IMG/VR virus record: IMGVR_UViG_3300032038_000043
Coordinates: 29,019 to 93,018 of that record
Strand: one strand, 5' to 3'
DNA length: 64,000 bases
Source of the DNA: a virus
Lineage: Duplodnaviria > Caudoviricetes
Shown here: piece after piece, positions 53,323 through 63,873 of the stretch
Layout of the letters: every line of letters begins with the position of its first letter
Position numbering within the stretch: position 1 is the stretch's first letter
Notes under the pieces: model-generated
Database searches by the model: none
What the model was told of the DNA's origin: nothing
Seen by the model: only the letters and a program-made list of their open reading frames with translations
Made by a program: the position numbers and the translations under genes

Positions 53323-54240
53323 CTAGACGCAAACCGAGTAGTCGGACTCCATGTAGTAGTCCTCAGAGCCGTACGACCTGTCCGCAGGCCACCCGTAGCG
53401 CTGGATGGTCGAGTTGTCGTACCCAGCCCACTCGTAGCCGCCGTACGACGGCACGTAGTCGCCTGGCTCATCGACGAGCATGTCGTAGACGTCGTCGCAG
53501 GACGGGCCGTAGTGCATGCAGGTCGCCTTGCAGCAGCAGCCCTTGCAGAGCATGTCGAACGTCTCTTGGTACTCGGGGCCGTACATCGGGGCACCGTACA
53601 GGTCGGGCTCGGTGCTCGACCCGAGCCACTTGTAGTTGTAGAGCTTGTAGTTGTACAGCGACGCGACCCTCCACGTGGAGTTGGAGGCCTCGATGCCCGT
53701 CGTGACCGTCTCCCAGCCCTCGCCGATGCGGAACACCTTGCCGTTGCCTGTCATGATGGCGAACCTGTTGCCGGGCGCGGCGTCCATGATGGCTCGTCGC
53801 ACCTTCTTGTTCACCTTGTTGTGCGTCTTGGCCAGCAGCCCGTTCACCACGCAGACGACGAACGACACCGTGTCGCTGATGCCCATCTCGGTGCTCGTCG
53901 GCATCCCCGTGATGATGCCGTTATGCGCTATGGCCGCATGGCACTCGGTCATCTCGGCGTGGAGCGCGTTGAGGTCGTCACAGACGGGGAACGGGTGGCA
54001 GGTCCCAGCGTTGATGCCGCCGCTGGTCGCAATCCTCATGTGGATTACGAGCGGCGACTCCTCGGGCACCTCTTGGATGGCGTCGAGCAGCGACCACTCG
54101 TCCATGAAGCCCTTGGCCGTCTGAACGAGCCCGTTCTCGCACCACATGATGCCAGCGCCGTCGGGGTTTGCGGCGAAGCAGTCGGACACGAGGTCCATGC
54201 TGGGCCTGTGCTTCGGCTCGCAGGTAAGGATGATGCACAT
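53323..54240 (-). CDS. Class II (Ntn) glutamine amidotransferase
   Basis: N-terminal MC, NPDGAG, HMRIATSG, HPF, HNGII, SDT. Confidence 0.9.
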   Translation of the reverse strand: MCIILTCEPKHRPSMDLVSDCFAANPDGAGIMWCENGLVQTAKGFMDEWSLLDAIQEVPEESPLVIHMRIATSGGINAGTCHPFPVCDDLNALHAEMTECHAAIAHNGIITGMPTSTEMGISDTVSFVVCVVNGLLAKTHNKVNKKVRRAIMDAAPGNRFAIMTGNGKVFRIGEGWETVTTGIEASNSTWRVASLYNYKLYNYKWLGSSTEPDLYGAPMYGPEYQETFDMLCKGCCCKATCMHYGPSCDDVYDMLVDEPGDYVPSYGGYEWAGYDNSTIQRYGWPADRSYGSEDYYMESDYSVCV

Positions 54241-54256
54241 GTCGTGCCCCTCTCTC

Positions 54257-55450
54257 TTAGAGACCGCGGATGGTCAGGTAGTTGTCGAAGTCGTTGCGGG
54301 GGATGTCATTCGCGTCGAGGGCGTAGCGGAGCAGGAGCTTGAGCATCGGCCACGTCAGGCTGTCCGCGAGCTCGTCGCTCATCGAGTTGGAGACGATGGC
54401 GAGGGCGGCGGTCATCTCGATGGTGGCGCGGAAGGTCACCTCGTTGAGGGTGCCACGCCACAGGCGAACCTCGACGGTATGCGGGTTCTTGTCGTTGAGC
54501 GCATGGTAGCGGCTCTCGTCGTACTTCTTGCGCTCCCAGACGCGCTTGCGCTCCGACACGCTCTTGATTTCGTGCAGGTCATCGTCCTCGAGCACGCAGT
54601 AGTAGAAGTCGGTGCGGCGGGAGAACCTGACGAACTCGTTCTTGAAGCGGTGGAAGAGTCGGTCGAGGCGGTACACCGCGTCGTGGCTGCTGAAGTAGTC
54701 GCGGGACATGTGGATGTGAAGCCCGCAGTGGTTCGCGTCGTACGACCTCGCGTCGAAGGACTTGGCCGTGTTGAGGATGCTCTCCCAGATGCCGCTCTTG
54801 AGGTGGTAGAGCGGGGTCATGGGCTGGGACACAATCTCGAGCCCGTCGTCCGACAGGGAGCCGTCCTCCTTGAGCTCGAGACGGTCCCTGCCCCAGTCCT
54901 CGATGAGCTGGTCGGCGAACGCGTCGAGGTCGTTCGCGTAGTCGGTCTCCAGCTCGACGCCGAGGTACAGCGCGTTGCGCTCCTCCTCGGTGAGGTCGTA
55001 GCGGTTCACGCCGACGCCGCTGTCGAGCCAGAACACCTCGCCCGTGGTCTGGTGGTAGCGGTTGATGTTCTCGCTGTGGCGATGGCCGGCGATGTGGTCT
55101 GGGCAGTACCAGTAGCCGTCGTCACCCTGCTCCGCCTCATCGTTGGGGACGAGGCAGCCGCACTCGTCGCACTGACGGTAGTAGTCCGAGCGGCAGTCCT
55201 CGCAGAGGGTCACGTACCCGCCGTCCCACAGCTCGTACTCCTGGACGTAGTCGTTCGAGAACATGGTTTGGCAGCACTCGCACTCGCTGGCGTGGTTGTC
55301 GTAGCACTCCTCGCACCACTGCTCGGTGCGGCCATAGCGCCACCAGTCGGTGACGACGGTGTACGTGGTCTCGACGAGCCTGTCGCAGTTGTCGCAGTAC
55401 GTGAGGTTGCTGTCGTCATCGACAAGGCGGTTTGAAACGTTGAGTTCCAT
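54257..55450 (-). CDS. Phage amidoligase (COOH-NH2 ligase, glutamine-synthetase-like fold) with N-terminal Zn-ribbon repeats
   Basis: GVELE, EDGSL, EIVSQP, CGLHIH, RYHALN, TVEVRLWRGT; six CxxC/CxxH pairs at the N-terminus. Confidence 0.88.
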   Translation of the reverse strand: MELNVSNRLVDDDSNLTYCDNCDRLVETTYTVVTDWWRYGRTEQWCEECYDNHASECECCQTMFSNDYVQEYELWDGGYVTLCEDCRSDYYRQCDECGCLVPNDEAEQGDDGYWYCPDHIAGHRHSENINRYHQTTGEVFWLDSGVGVNRYDLTEEERNALYLGVELETDYANDLDAFADQLIEDWGRDRLELKEDGSLSDDGLEIVSQPMTPLYHLKSGIWESILNTAKSFDARSYDANHCGLHIHMSRDYFSSHDAVYRLDRLFHRFKNEFVRFSRRTDFYYCVLEDDDLHEIKSVSERKRVWERKKYDESRYHALNDKNPHTVEVRLWRGTLNEVTFRATIEMTAALAIVSNSMSDELADSLTWPMLKLLLRYALDANDIPRNDFDNYLTIRGL

Positions 55451-58402
55451 GTCTTTTCTCCTCCAATGGAAGGGGCTCCCCGCAGGGAGCCCCGTTTACA
55501 TGCTTGGTTGTGTGTCGGACGGTCTGCCATCGAGCGGCTAGCTCAACTTGCCACCTCCCATGATTCGCTTGATGTCCTGCTCGTCCGTGGGCCACTCGGT
55601 GTACCCACGCTTGGCCCACTCCCTCTTGAGCTCGGCCATGGTCGTGAGGTCTGCCCTCAAGCCAAGCGCCTGACACATGCGGCGCTTCAGCACTCGGTAG
55701 GCGTGTGTGCTCATCGTTACTCCTTGCTTCCGTACATGTCCCAGAAGACGAACCCGAACGCAGCCACCTCTCGGTCGCTGCTGAGCACGTCCTCTCGATA
55801 CTGGGCGAACTGCTTGATTACTGGGTGGTGCTCGTTGATGAGCTTGTCACCGTAGGCCATTGCCGATGCGTACCCAGCGACCTCCCTGCCCTCGACGTCG
55901 GCGTCGTACAGATACCTGTACATGTGCACGAACTCGCGTCCGAGCCGCTCCATGTCATACGTCATGCTTACCTCCCTAGTAGGCGTACTGGACACCATCC
56001 ACCACGTTGAGCTTCACTGACACGTCGTCCGTCCCGAAGAAGCGACGGGCATACTCGTGGAGCTGGATGCGGGCGAAGTGCGACTTAACAATCTGCCCAG
56101 TCGACGTCACGTGACTGGGCAGCTCGCAGTAGTGGTTCTGTGTGATGGACACGCCAGTGGCGTCGTCCGTCATGGTGAAGTTGACGTTGTACATCGTTAC
56201 CTCCTAAGCGCACATGTCGATGACGCGCATCTCGTCAATGAGGTCAGTGAGGTTGTCGAGCATGTGCTCCTCCTCGGCGATGCGACCCGCAATGAAGACA
56301 CGGTCACGCTCGTCGTGGGTGGTGCGAAGCAGGCGCTTCAGCTCGTCGCATCGGTCCTGCATCACGGCCAGCACCTCGTGGACGCTGTAGTCACGCCGCC
56401 TGACCCTGACCTTAGGCATGTCGTAACAGTGGGTGTGCATCGTTACCTCCCTAGCAAAGAACCGTTAGCTCGGTTATCCGCGTCTCGACGTACAGCTCCA
56501 ATGAGCAGTCGTCAGTGTCCCACCCAAGCTCGTCGCAAGCCCAAGCCTTGATTTCCTTGGGGCTCACGTGTCCGTAGTCGGGCAGCGGCTGCGTGCCACC
56601 GACCCTGTACGGGTACCCGTCGCAGTCGTAGTCGACGATGTGCAGGCCGCCCGAGCCGTCGCTCAGGATGTCGAATCCGTCATCGAGCTCGTCATTGCAG
56701 ATGGAGTAGGTGAAGGTCGTCTGCGTGGTCATCTCGGTTCCCTCCTAAGCGGTCTCGAACCAGACGAGGTTGTACTGGTTCGGCTTCCTCAGCTTGTTGC
56801 CGTTGCGCTTGTGCCTGTGCTTCCAGCTCTTGATTGCGTGGGACTTGGCTCGTCTCACGAGCCCCTCGACGCCAGGCTTCGTGAAGGGGACTCTCGTCAC
56901 TGACTGCTGCATGGCTATCCCTCCTTGGTGTTGCATCCGCACTCTTCTAGTAGTAGTAGAGGTCGTCGATTGCGTCACGGACGTCGTCCATGTCGAGGCC
57001 GAGTCCCGCTATCCTCCAGTGCATGTTGAAGATTTGGTTGCGCATCGCGGCAAGCTCCCTCTCAAGGGTGGCAACGCGCTCCTCGAGAGCCTGCTCGTGG
57101 TGGGTGGCACCAATGTCGTCTGGCTTGGAGTCGTTCATGGTTACCTCCTAGTCGATGAGTATGTCGAAGCACACCATGGAGTCGTATACGTAGGGGTTCT
57201 CCTCCATGTCGTAGTCGATTTCATCGACCACGTAGGGCTCGACCTTGATGACCTCGTGGTCAAGGGCAGCGCCACGCTCGTACATGGCGGTGCGGTCGGC
57301 GTTGTAGATGCTGATTTCGTCGCTGTCCAAGACGGCGAGAAGCTCGCTAACGGTCATGTCGTTACCTCCTTAGGCGTAGACAAGCTCCGCTACTGCGGAG
57401 TAGTTGTAGTGGGTGAGCAGGTAGTTCATCTCGTCTACCTGTGTATCGCTTATGACGACGCCGCACTCGTCACGCTCGAACGGCTCGAACAGGTCGAAGT
57501 GCGGGATGTGGCGGTACTGCTGCTCGCGCACCTTCTTCCACGGCTCGTGGCGGTGCTTGTGCTCGTTGACGTAGCGAGTGGAAGGCTTCCTGTCGTTCGC
57601 CTTGCAGGGCAGGTCGTCACAGTTGACGGTGGTGAAGTCGACGCGGCTCACCTGATAGCGGTTCGGGTACTTGTTCATGGCTTGTCCTCTCCTACATCTC
57701 GACTGTGCGATACTGGTGACGACGCTTCGTGCTCGACTTCCAAGAGCCCTTGTCGTGGCTCTTGGTTGGACGTCCGTAGTCCCACCACTTCCAGTCGTAG
57801 TCGAACATGGCCTTCTTCAGCTCGTTGTATGCCCTGCGGTCGTATTCCTCGCAAGCAACCATCGAGCCATGCACCTTCGGTGGTGGGCACACTCGCCAGT
57901 TGCGTCGCTTCATAGGGTCTCCTCCACCTGCCATAGGTCGTTCCTCTCTCTCGGATTGCTGGTCGTAAGTAACCAACGTGAGGGGCGCACCATACGATGC
58001 GCCCCGCCCGTCGGCTGCTAGGCGACGCGCTCCACAGTGACGGTGATGGAGCCGTCGACGGGGGAGCAGCCGTCCTTGCGGGCGGTGCCCTCGGCCGTGC
58101 GGGTCATGGCCTTGCGGTGGTGGGACTTGATGGCGGCGAAGGTGCGGTCGCCAACCTTGCGCAGCTCGTCATAGAGACGGGACAAGCAGTCGTGCTCGTA
58201 GTCGTCGAGGAAGGCCAGCGCGTCCTCCTGGTCGGAGAACTCGTAGGGGAGGACCTCGGTGGTGGTGGCGTTGCCAATGGTGGTGACGATGATGATGTTG
58301 TGCATGGTGACCCCTTTCAGGTCGGTGGTTTGGAGGTCAAGTGACCATCGGAGGGGACACACCCCTAATGGCTTGATGTGTCCCCACTCGTCGGCTACTC
58401 GA

Positions 58403-59062
58403 CTATGCGACGCCCATCTCGTCGCGAATCTCCTGCAGCTCCTTGAGCGTGCCCTCGAACACGATGCCGTTGATGGTCGCCTTGAAGACCTTGGCGGCCA
58501 TCTCCTTGTGCTTGCGGTTGTCGCGGGACTGCTTGCGACGGTCGGCACCCTGCTTGTTGACCTCGGCGGCACGCTCCTCGTCGTACTGGGGCTTGCCGAA
58601 CTCCCAAGTCACGCTGGACTCGTGCCAGAGGTTCTGGGGACGGTAGTTGGGGCCGAACGCGACAACCTTGTCCTCGTCCTTCGCTTCGCCGTGCAGGATG
58701 TACAGCTGGGTCTTGGTGATGAAGCCGTTCGTCTCCCAGCCCTTCTCGTAGGCCATGTAGGAGAGCAGGGTCACCCACTGGTCGTTGACGAACAGGGGCT
58801 TGACCTCGTCGCAGCGGCCCTCCTCGGCGTTGAGGACGTGGAAGATGTTCACCACGCCGTCGAGCTTGGGCTCGCCGTACTTCTCCTTGTAGGCGGCGAT
58901 GCGGGCGTCGTTCTCGGCGATGCGCTCGTCACGGGTCATCTTGGGCTTGGCGGTCTCGTTCACGGCGGTCTCCTTCTTGGCGGCAGTCTTGGTCATGGTC
59001 GTCTCCTTCTTGGCGGTGGTCTTGGTGGCGGTCTTGGCGGTCTTGCTGGTGGTGGTAGCCAT
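58403..59062 (-). CDS. Hypothetical protein with a Lys/Thr/Ala-rich histone-like N-terminus
   Basis: MATTTSKTAKTATKTTAKKETTMTKTAAKKE; AAGGAG RBS; strongly biased codon usage. Confidence 0.7.
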   Translation of the reverse strand: MATTTSKTAKTATKTTAKKETTMTKTAAKKETAVNETAKPKMTRDERIAENDARIAAYKEKYGEPKLDGVVNIFHVLNAEEGRCDEVKPLFVNDQWVTLLSYMAYEKGWETNGFITKTQLYILHGEAKDEDKVVAFGPNYRPQNLWHESSVTWEFGKPQYDEERAAEVNKQGADRRKQSRDNRKHKEMAAKVFKATINGIVFEGTLKELQEIRDEMGVA

Positions 59063-60932
59063 GATTGGCTCCTTCCTGACGGACGCATCCGTCGTCGTTG
59101 ACCTCCAGTTGCAGTCCGCATACGGGAGGTCGGGTCGTGTTACGTCCCAGAAGGGACGTTTATCTGCAAAGAGCCACCCCGCAGGATGGCTCTTCACATA
59201 GCTTTGGTCGTTGGGCACGGGTCGTTATGCGAACAGACGCTCGAAGACGTCGTTCCACATGTCCCCGCAGGGGATGACGATTTCGAGCAGGTCGAACACG
59301 GCGTCGAAGATGCCGATGACGGCGTCGGTAATCTCGACGCCGAAGTTGTCTACGAGCCAGTCGGTGAGGTTGAGATACGGCTCGCTCGTCATGATGAGCA
59401 TTGCGATGATGGTGATGTTCATGTTCTTTACTCCTTGGGCTTCGGGTCGTCCTGCGGGAGGATGACAGGGATAAGGCGAATAAGAATCGCGGCGATGATG
59501 AACACCGCGATTGTGAACACTCGGTCGGTCTGGTAGTACATGACGGTCAACCTCCTTCGTCGTCGGAATCGTCAGATACGAGCGCGGCGAGAGTCGCCAC
59601 GCAGAGGACGCAGAACATGCGTCGTCCTAGCGATAGGCGAGGGCGTACTCGACGGGGTCGCCGTCGATGAGGGCGAGGCGGACGGTCGTATAGCCCGCCT
59701 TGAGGATTGCCGCATGGGCAGCCTTGCAGAGGTGGCTCCAAATCGTCACCTTGCACTTGAACTTGATGGTGCGCATGACGCCGTTCCAGTCCTCAAAAGT
59801 TGCGATGTGCATGGTCGTTTCCTTTCATCAAAAAGTTAACTATCTGGTCAAAAAATATATGGCTAGATGCGCTCGTATGCGATGGTGCAGGGCTCGCCCC
59901 GACCAATGCGGAGCACGTCGCGAACCATGCGATTCGTCGGGCGGTTGGAGCAGCGATAGGTCTTGCCGCGGTCGTTGACCTTGCCGCGGTCGTTGACGGG
60001 AGTCAGGTCGGCAGTCCCGTCGAAGTTGATGTTGCAGACGACGTCGTACTCGTCGTCCATGAAGATGACGTGAGCGACATACTGCCGCTTGCACTCGGGG
60101 TCGTAGATTTCACCTGCGAACTTGCACATGATGGTTCCTTTCTATCTCTAAGGACTAGGCAACAGCCAGCGTCGTAGCGCTGGGGAACGTGACGTTTACC
60201 GTCTGCACCTCGCACATGATGGCCTCCTGGTTGAGGGAGAATGCGAGATGGGGGACGTGAATCGTTACGGAGTCGGGGTCGTCGGTGACAATCTCGACTC
60301 GTGTCGACATTTCGGGGACTCCTCGCCACATGCCCATGCAGGGAATGGCCGTAAAGGCATCGACGCCCATGGTCGTAGTGACGGCATTGCAGATGGTGGC
60401 GTCGTCGAGCGTGTCCACGTCGCCGACCTTGTGGCCGATGGTCAGGATTACTTTCTGCATGACAGTCCTTTCTCTCGATTTGTCGTTTGGGTATGCGCCA
60501 GACAGGCCCCACGTCGTAAGCCGAAGCATGGGGTCTGTCCTTTTTGGGCCGACGTGGCCCTGCCACCTACCTGCTCGTCGTATGGCAAGCAAGCAGGCCG
60601 CGAGGCAATGGTGGTGGTCGTTACGAGATGGTGAGGTCGTCACTCACGAGGGCAGCGATGTGGAACGGGTGATAGTCGTAGCGAATCGGCTTCCAGCCAA
60701 GACCGTCGGCGAGGTCGATGAGCCTGTTGATACCCTTCTCCACGTCGTCGCGAACGTCGCCCATCTTGATGCTGATGATGGGGACGTAATGGTCGCTGTC
60801 CTGATAGTACTCGTCCTGCAAATCGGAGAGCGAGTCCCACTCGCTCGTGATGCTTTCGAGCATCTCGCCGATGTGGCGGATGATGCCGACTTCCTTGTCG
60901 TCGGTCGTTGCGGGGTTGTAGATGTACTGCAT

Positions 60933-61046
60933 GGCTATTCCTCCAAAAATCGTATGGTCGTGGGTCGTCTATGCCCACAAATCGTGAGTGTTCCCACGGT
61001 TTCTAGGCATAAGGAAAACCCCACGTCGTTTAGGCGCGGGGCTTTC
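60933..61046 (-). promoter_or_regulatory. Structured 5' leader, copy 1
   Basis: Two hairpins plus ACGAY repeats before the GGAGG RBS of 60621-60932. Confidence 0.6.
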
Positions 61047-61245
61047 GGTCGTCGTGTATGTCGTGAGGTCGTTACTTCTTCTCTCTCAAACCAATCTTTG
61101 CGATGAGGTCGGCGAGCGTATTGTCGATGTCGTTAAAATCGTCCGTCTCCTCGGGCGTAAGCCCGTACTCCTCGCCATCACAGGCGAGGTCGAGAGCCAA
61201 CTTCTCAAATCGGAGCAGCTCGTCCCAAATGTTATCGGGCAACAT

Positions 61246-61385
61246 AGGTACCTCCAAAATCGTGTAGGTCGTCAGGTCGTTAGGGGCAAAAATCGTCAGG
61301 TCGTCGTATGCCCACAAATCGTCGGTGTGCCGACGGTTTCTAGACGTACAGAAAGCCCTGGGTCGTTTAGGGTGAGCGGGTTTCC
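61246..61385 (-). promoter_or_regulatory. Structured 5' leader, copy 2
   Basis: Homologous to copy 1 with compensatory changes; precedes the gene at 61072-61245. Confidence 0.6.
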
Positions 61386-61450
61386 GTATGTTTATGGAAA
61401 GTGGCCCTAAGCCTAGATGGCGTAGGGCCACAATCGTCGTGATGGGCTCT

Positions 61451-61684
61451 CTACTGTGGGGTGACTCTTATCTCAGAGCCATCGTCACGCCTGCGCACAA
61501 TGAGGTCAAAGCCGCATGCGTCTAGAATCTCAGAGTAGGTTGACGTGCGTGGAATTGCGCTCTTTGCGAAAATCGTAGCTATGTAGGATTGCTCTCGCCC
61601 CATCTTGCGAGAGATGTCCGTCTTAGCCAATCCGCATGCGTTGACAGCCCTGAGAAGTGCGGTCAATGGGTCTGCTTCAAACAT
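61451..61684 (-). CDS. HTH DNA-binding protein
   Basis: KTDISRKMGREQSYIATI....PR..T...ILDACGFDL. Confidence 0.7.
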   Translation of the reverse strand: MFEADPLTALLRAVNACGLAKTDISRKMGREQSYIATIFAKSAIPRTSTYSEILDACGFDLIVRRRDDGSEIRVTPQ

Positions 61685-62378
61685 GGCTTCCTCCTAACGC
61701 TTCATGGGCCAATTCTAGCATTTGGTGGGGGAATCCATGTGCATGAAAAAGGCCCCAACGCAAGCGTCAGGGCCTTTACAGAGGGTATGTCACGAAAACT
61801 CACCTCTCGTTCAGTGTCACCTCCCACTCCTTGCCGATTCCGACAATCTCACAGAGCCTAGGAATGTTCATGTGCTTAGCCTGCGGAATCTGCTTGTTGA
61901 ATCTTCTGGTTGTGCCATCAGAGCGACAGAGCCACAAGTCCTTGTGGCCATCACACTTGCGAACGGTGACAAAGCCTATTGGTTGTGCGGCCACATCAGT
62001 GCCGCGCGGCCTAACCTTTAGGCACAATACCTTGGAGTAGTCATCACTGACAGGCTTAACCATGCCGATATGCTTAGGCATGAGCTTATGCATCTTAGGC
62101 CTAAGCTCTGGATGGTAGGGCAATGAGTCAGACCGCGCGGGTATGGGCATTACGGGTACGGTGTTATCATGATTTTCCCCAACGCTTTCACCGTGGATGA
62201 TAAAGCATGCAGAACCATATTCCTCACGCACATGCACATATGAGATGTGCTTTTTAGGTTTCTCTGTGTCCATGACCACTCCAAACATGGGTAAGAAATA
62301 GGGCCCCATGTGGGGCCCATGAAAACAGGGTAAGAAAAAAAGGGCCCCATGTGGGGCCCCATGTGGGGACAGTTGACG

Positions 62379-63041
62379 CTATGACCGCGCGATGGCTTCA
62401 CCCGTGGCGATGGGTACAAATTCCATGCGGCAACGTGCACGCTTACCATCAAACGAGTTATACAGCTGTCGCGCGATACCCTCTGCCCATGGTGCAGCGT
62501 AGGGAACAAACAGCTTGAAAGCAGCGACAGCACCGAACGTGCGCGGGTTGATTACGCCTTTAGGCGCGCGCAAGTCAAACTCACGGGTGCTTTCACCGTC
62601 CGCATACTCCACACGAACACCCACGGTGCGCGGTGTGCCGTTCTTACCCGTAACCTTATATTCACGGGTGATACGGGACAGGCCGACGAACATGTTACCC
62701 TCACGATAGGGACGGTCAACGGTATAGGTTTCAATGTCATCGGCGCTGGTATCCAGCTTGTTGAGTGCGGTGTAAGGGTCTGCGCTGATACCCTTAGCGG
62801 TGGAGTCAATGACCGCCGACGGGATGTTACCACCGAAAAAATGGTCATTCAGTGAGCGCAGAGAGTCGCGCAAAGCATCAACATCAAGTGCGGCCGCCAC
62901 GGTGTCCGTTAGGGTGTAGGTGTGTCCGATGATGGGCATGCGGTCATTGTCCGCCACGTGCTCAAACGTGGCAATGGTGACGCTTTCGGTGGTGTCACCG
63001 TAGGTTGAAACGGTGTTGAGCTGGTAGGTGCTGGATTTCAT
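62379..63041 (-). CDS. Hypothetical protein, first gene of the leftward early-type block
   Basis: 220-aa ORF with AGAGGAAAG RBS. Confidence 0.7.
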   Translation of the reverse strand: MKSSTYQLNTVSTYGDTTESVTIATFEHVADNDRMPIIGHTYTLTDTVAAALDVDALRDSLRSLNDHFFGGNIPSAVIDSTAKGISADPYTALNKLDTSADDIETYTVDRPYREGNMFVGLSRITREYKVTGKNGTPRTVGVRVEYADGESTREFDLRAPKGVINPRTFGAVAAFKLFVPYAAPWAEGIARQLYNSFDGKRARCRMEFVPIATGEAIARS

Positions 63042-63873
63042 GGTCTTTCCTCTCTTCTAGGGTCCTAGTGGGTTTCCTCTGTACCCACTACACAGAGCAA
63101 ATGGCGCTGTGTGCTGGATACAGCTGGTTGGCTTTTTTGTCCCCTCACCACTAGCCTTTAGGCCGTGGCGTGCGTTACCGCGCGGGTTTTGGCGTGCCTA
63201 GGTTTTCAAGGTTCCGTGGGTGCACCCGTGGCGCACCCGTGGGGCATGCCCCACTTGTACCTAGTCTACCCACACGGCATGCGGGTATTCACCCACGGGT
63301 TATGCACACAATTCCTACACATTACGCAAGTCTAGTACAGCTAGTAATCATTACTAGGTAAATGCATGCCGTGCGGTCGCATTTGCGGCCGCGCGATGGA
63401 ATCACACACACGTTGGGCGCGCGCACGCGCGATGGCATACACAGGTGCCTGTTGTCAAGACAAAACGGTAAGATTTCACGAAAAAACTTATGCAACATAC
63501 GTTGTTTAACTATCGCAACCCGTGGTAGACCGTGAGAGGCGATACACGGCACACATGATGCAATAATGAGTAGTAACCCACGATGTTTATGCACGCTAGT
63601 GTAAATGCGGTCTTGTGACGCTGTAAACCAGCATGTAAACGGCACAATAGGCCGATTGATTGCGCACAATCTAAAATTTTATGCATAAACATGCGGGTTT
63701 TGGGCCTGTTTTATGCATTTACACGTTAGTTTGGCGGGTACCGTGAGAGGGTGACCGTGGTGTTCACCATATCAACTAACAGGCTGTTCACGAACAACTA
63801 CAGATGCAATGTGGTGAACAATGCGTATCTGTTCACGATAACGACTAGGTGAGAGTACGTGAACATAGGCATT

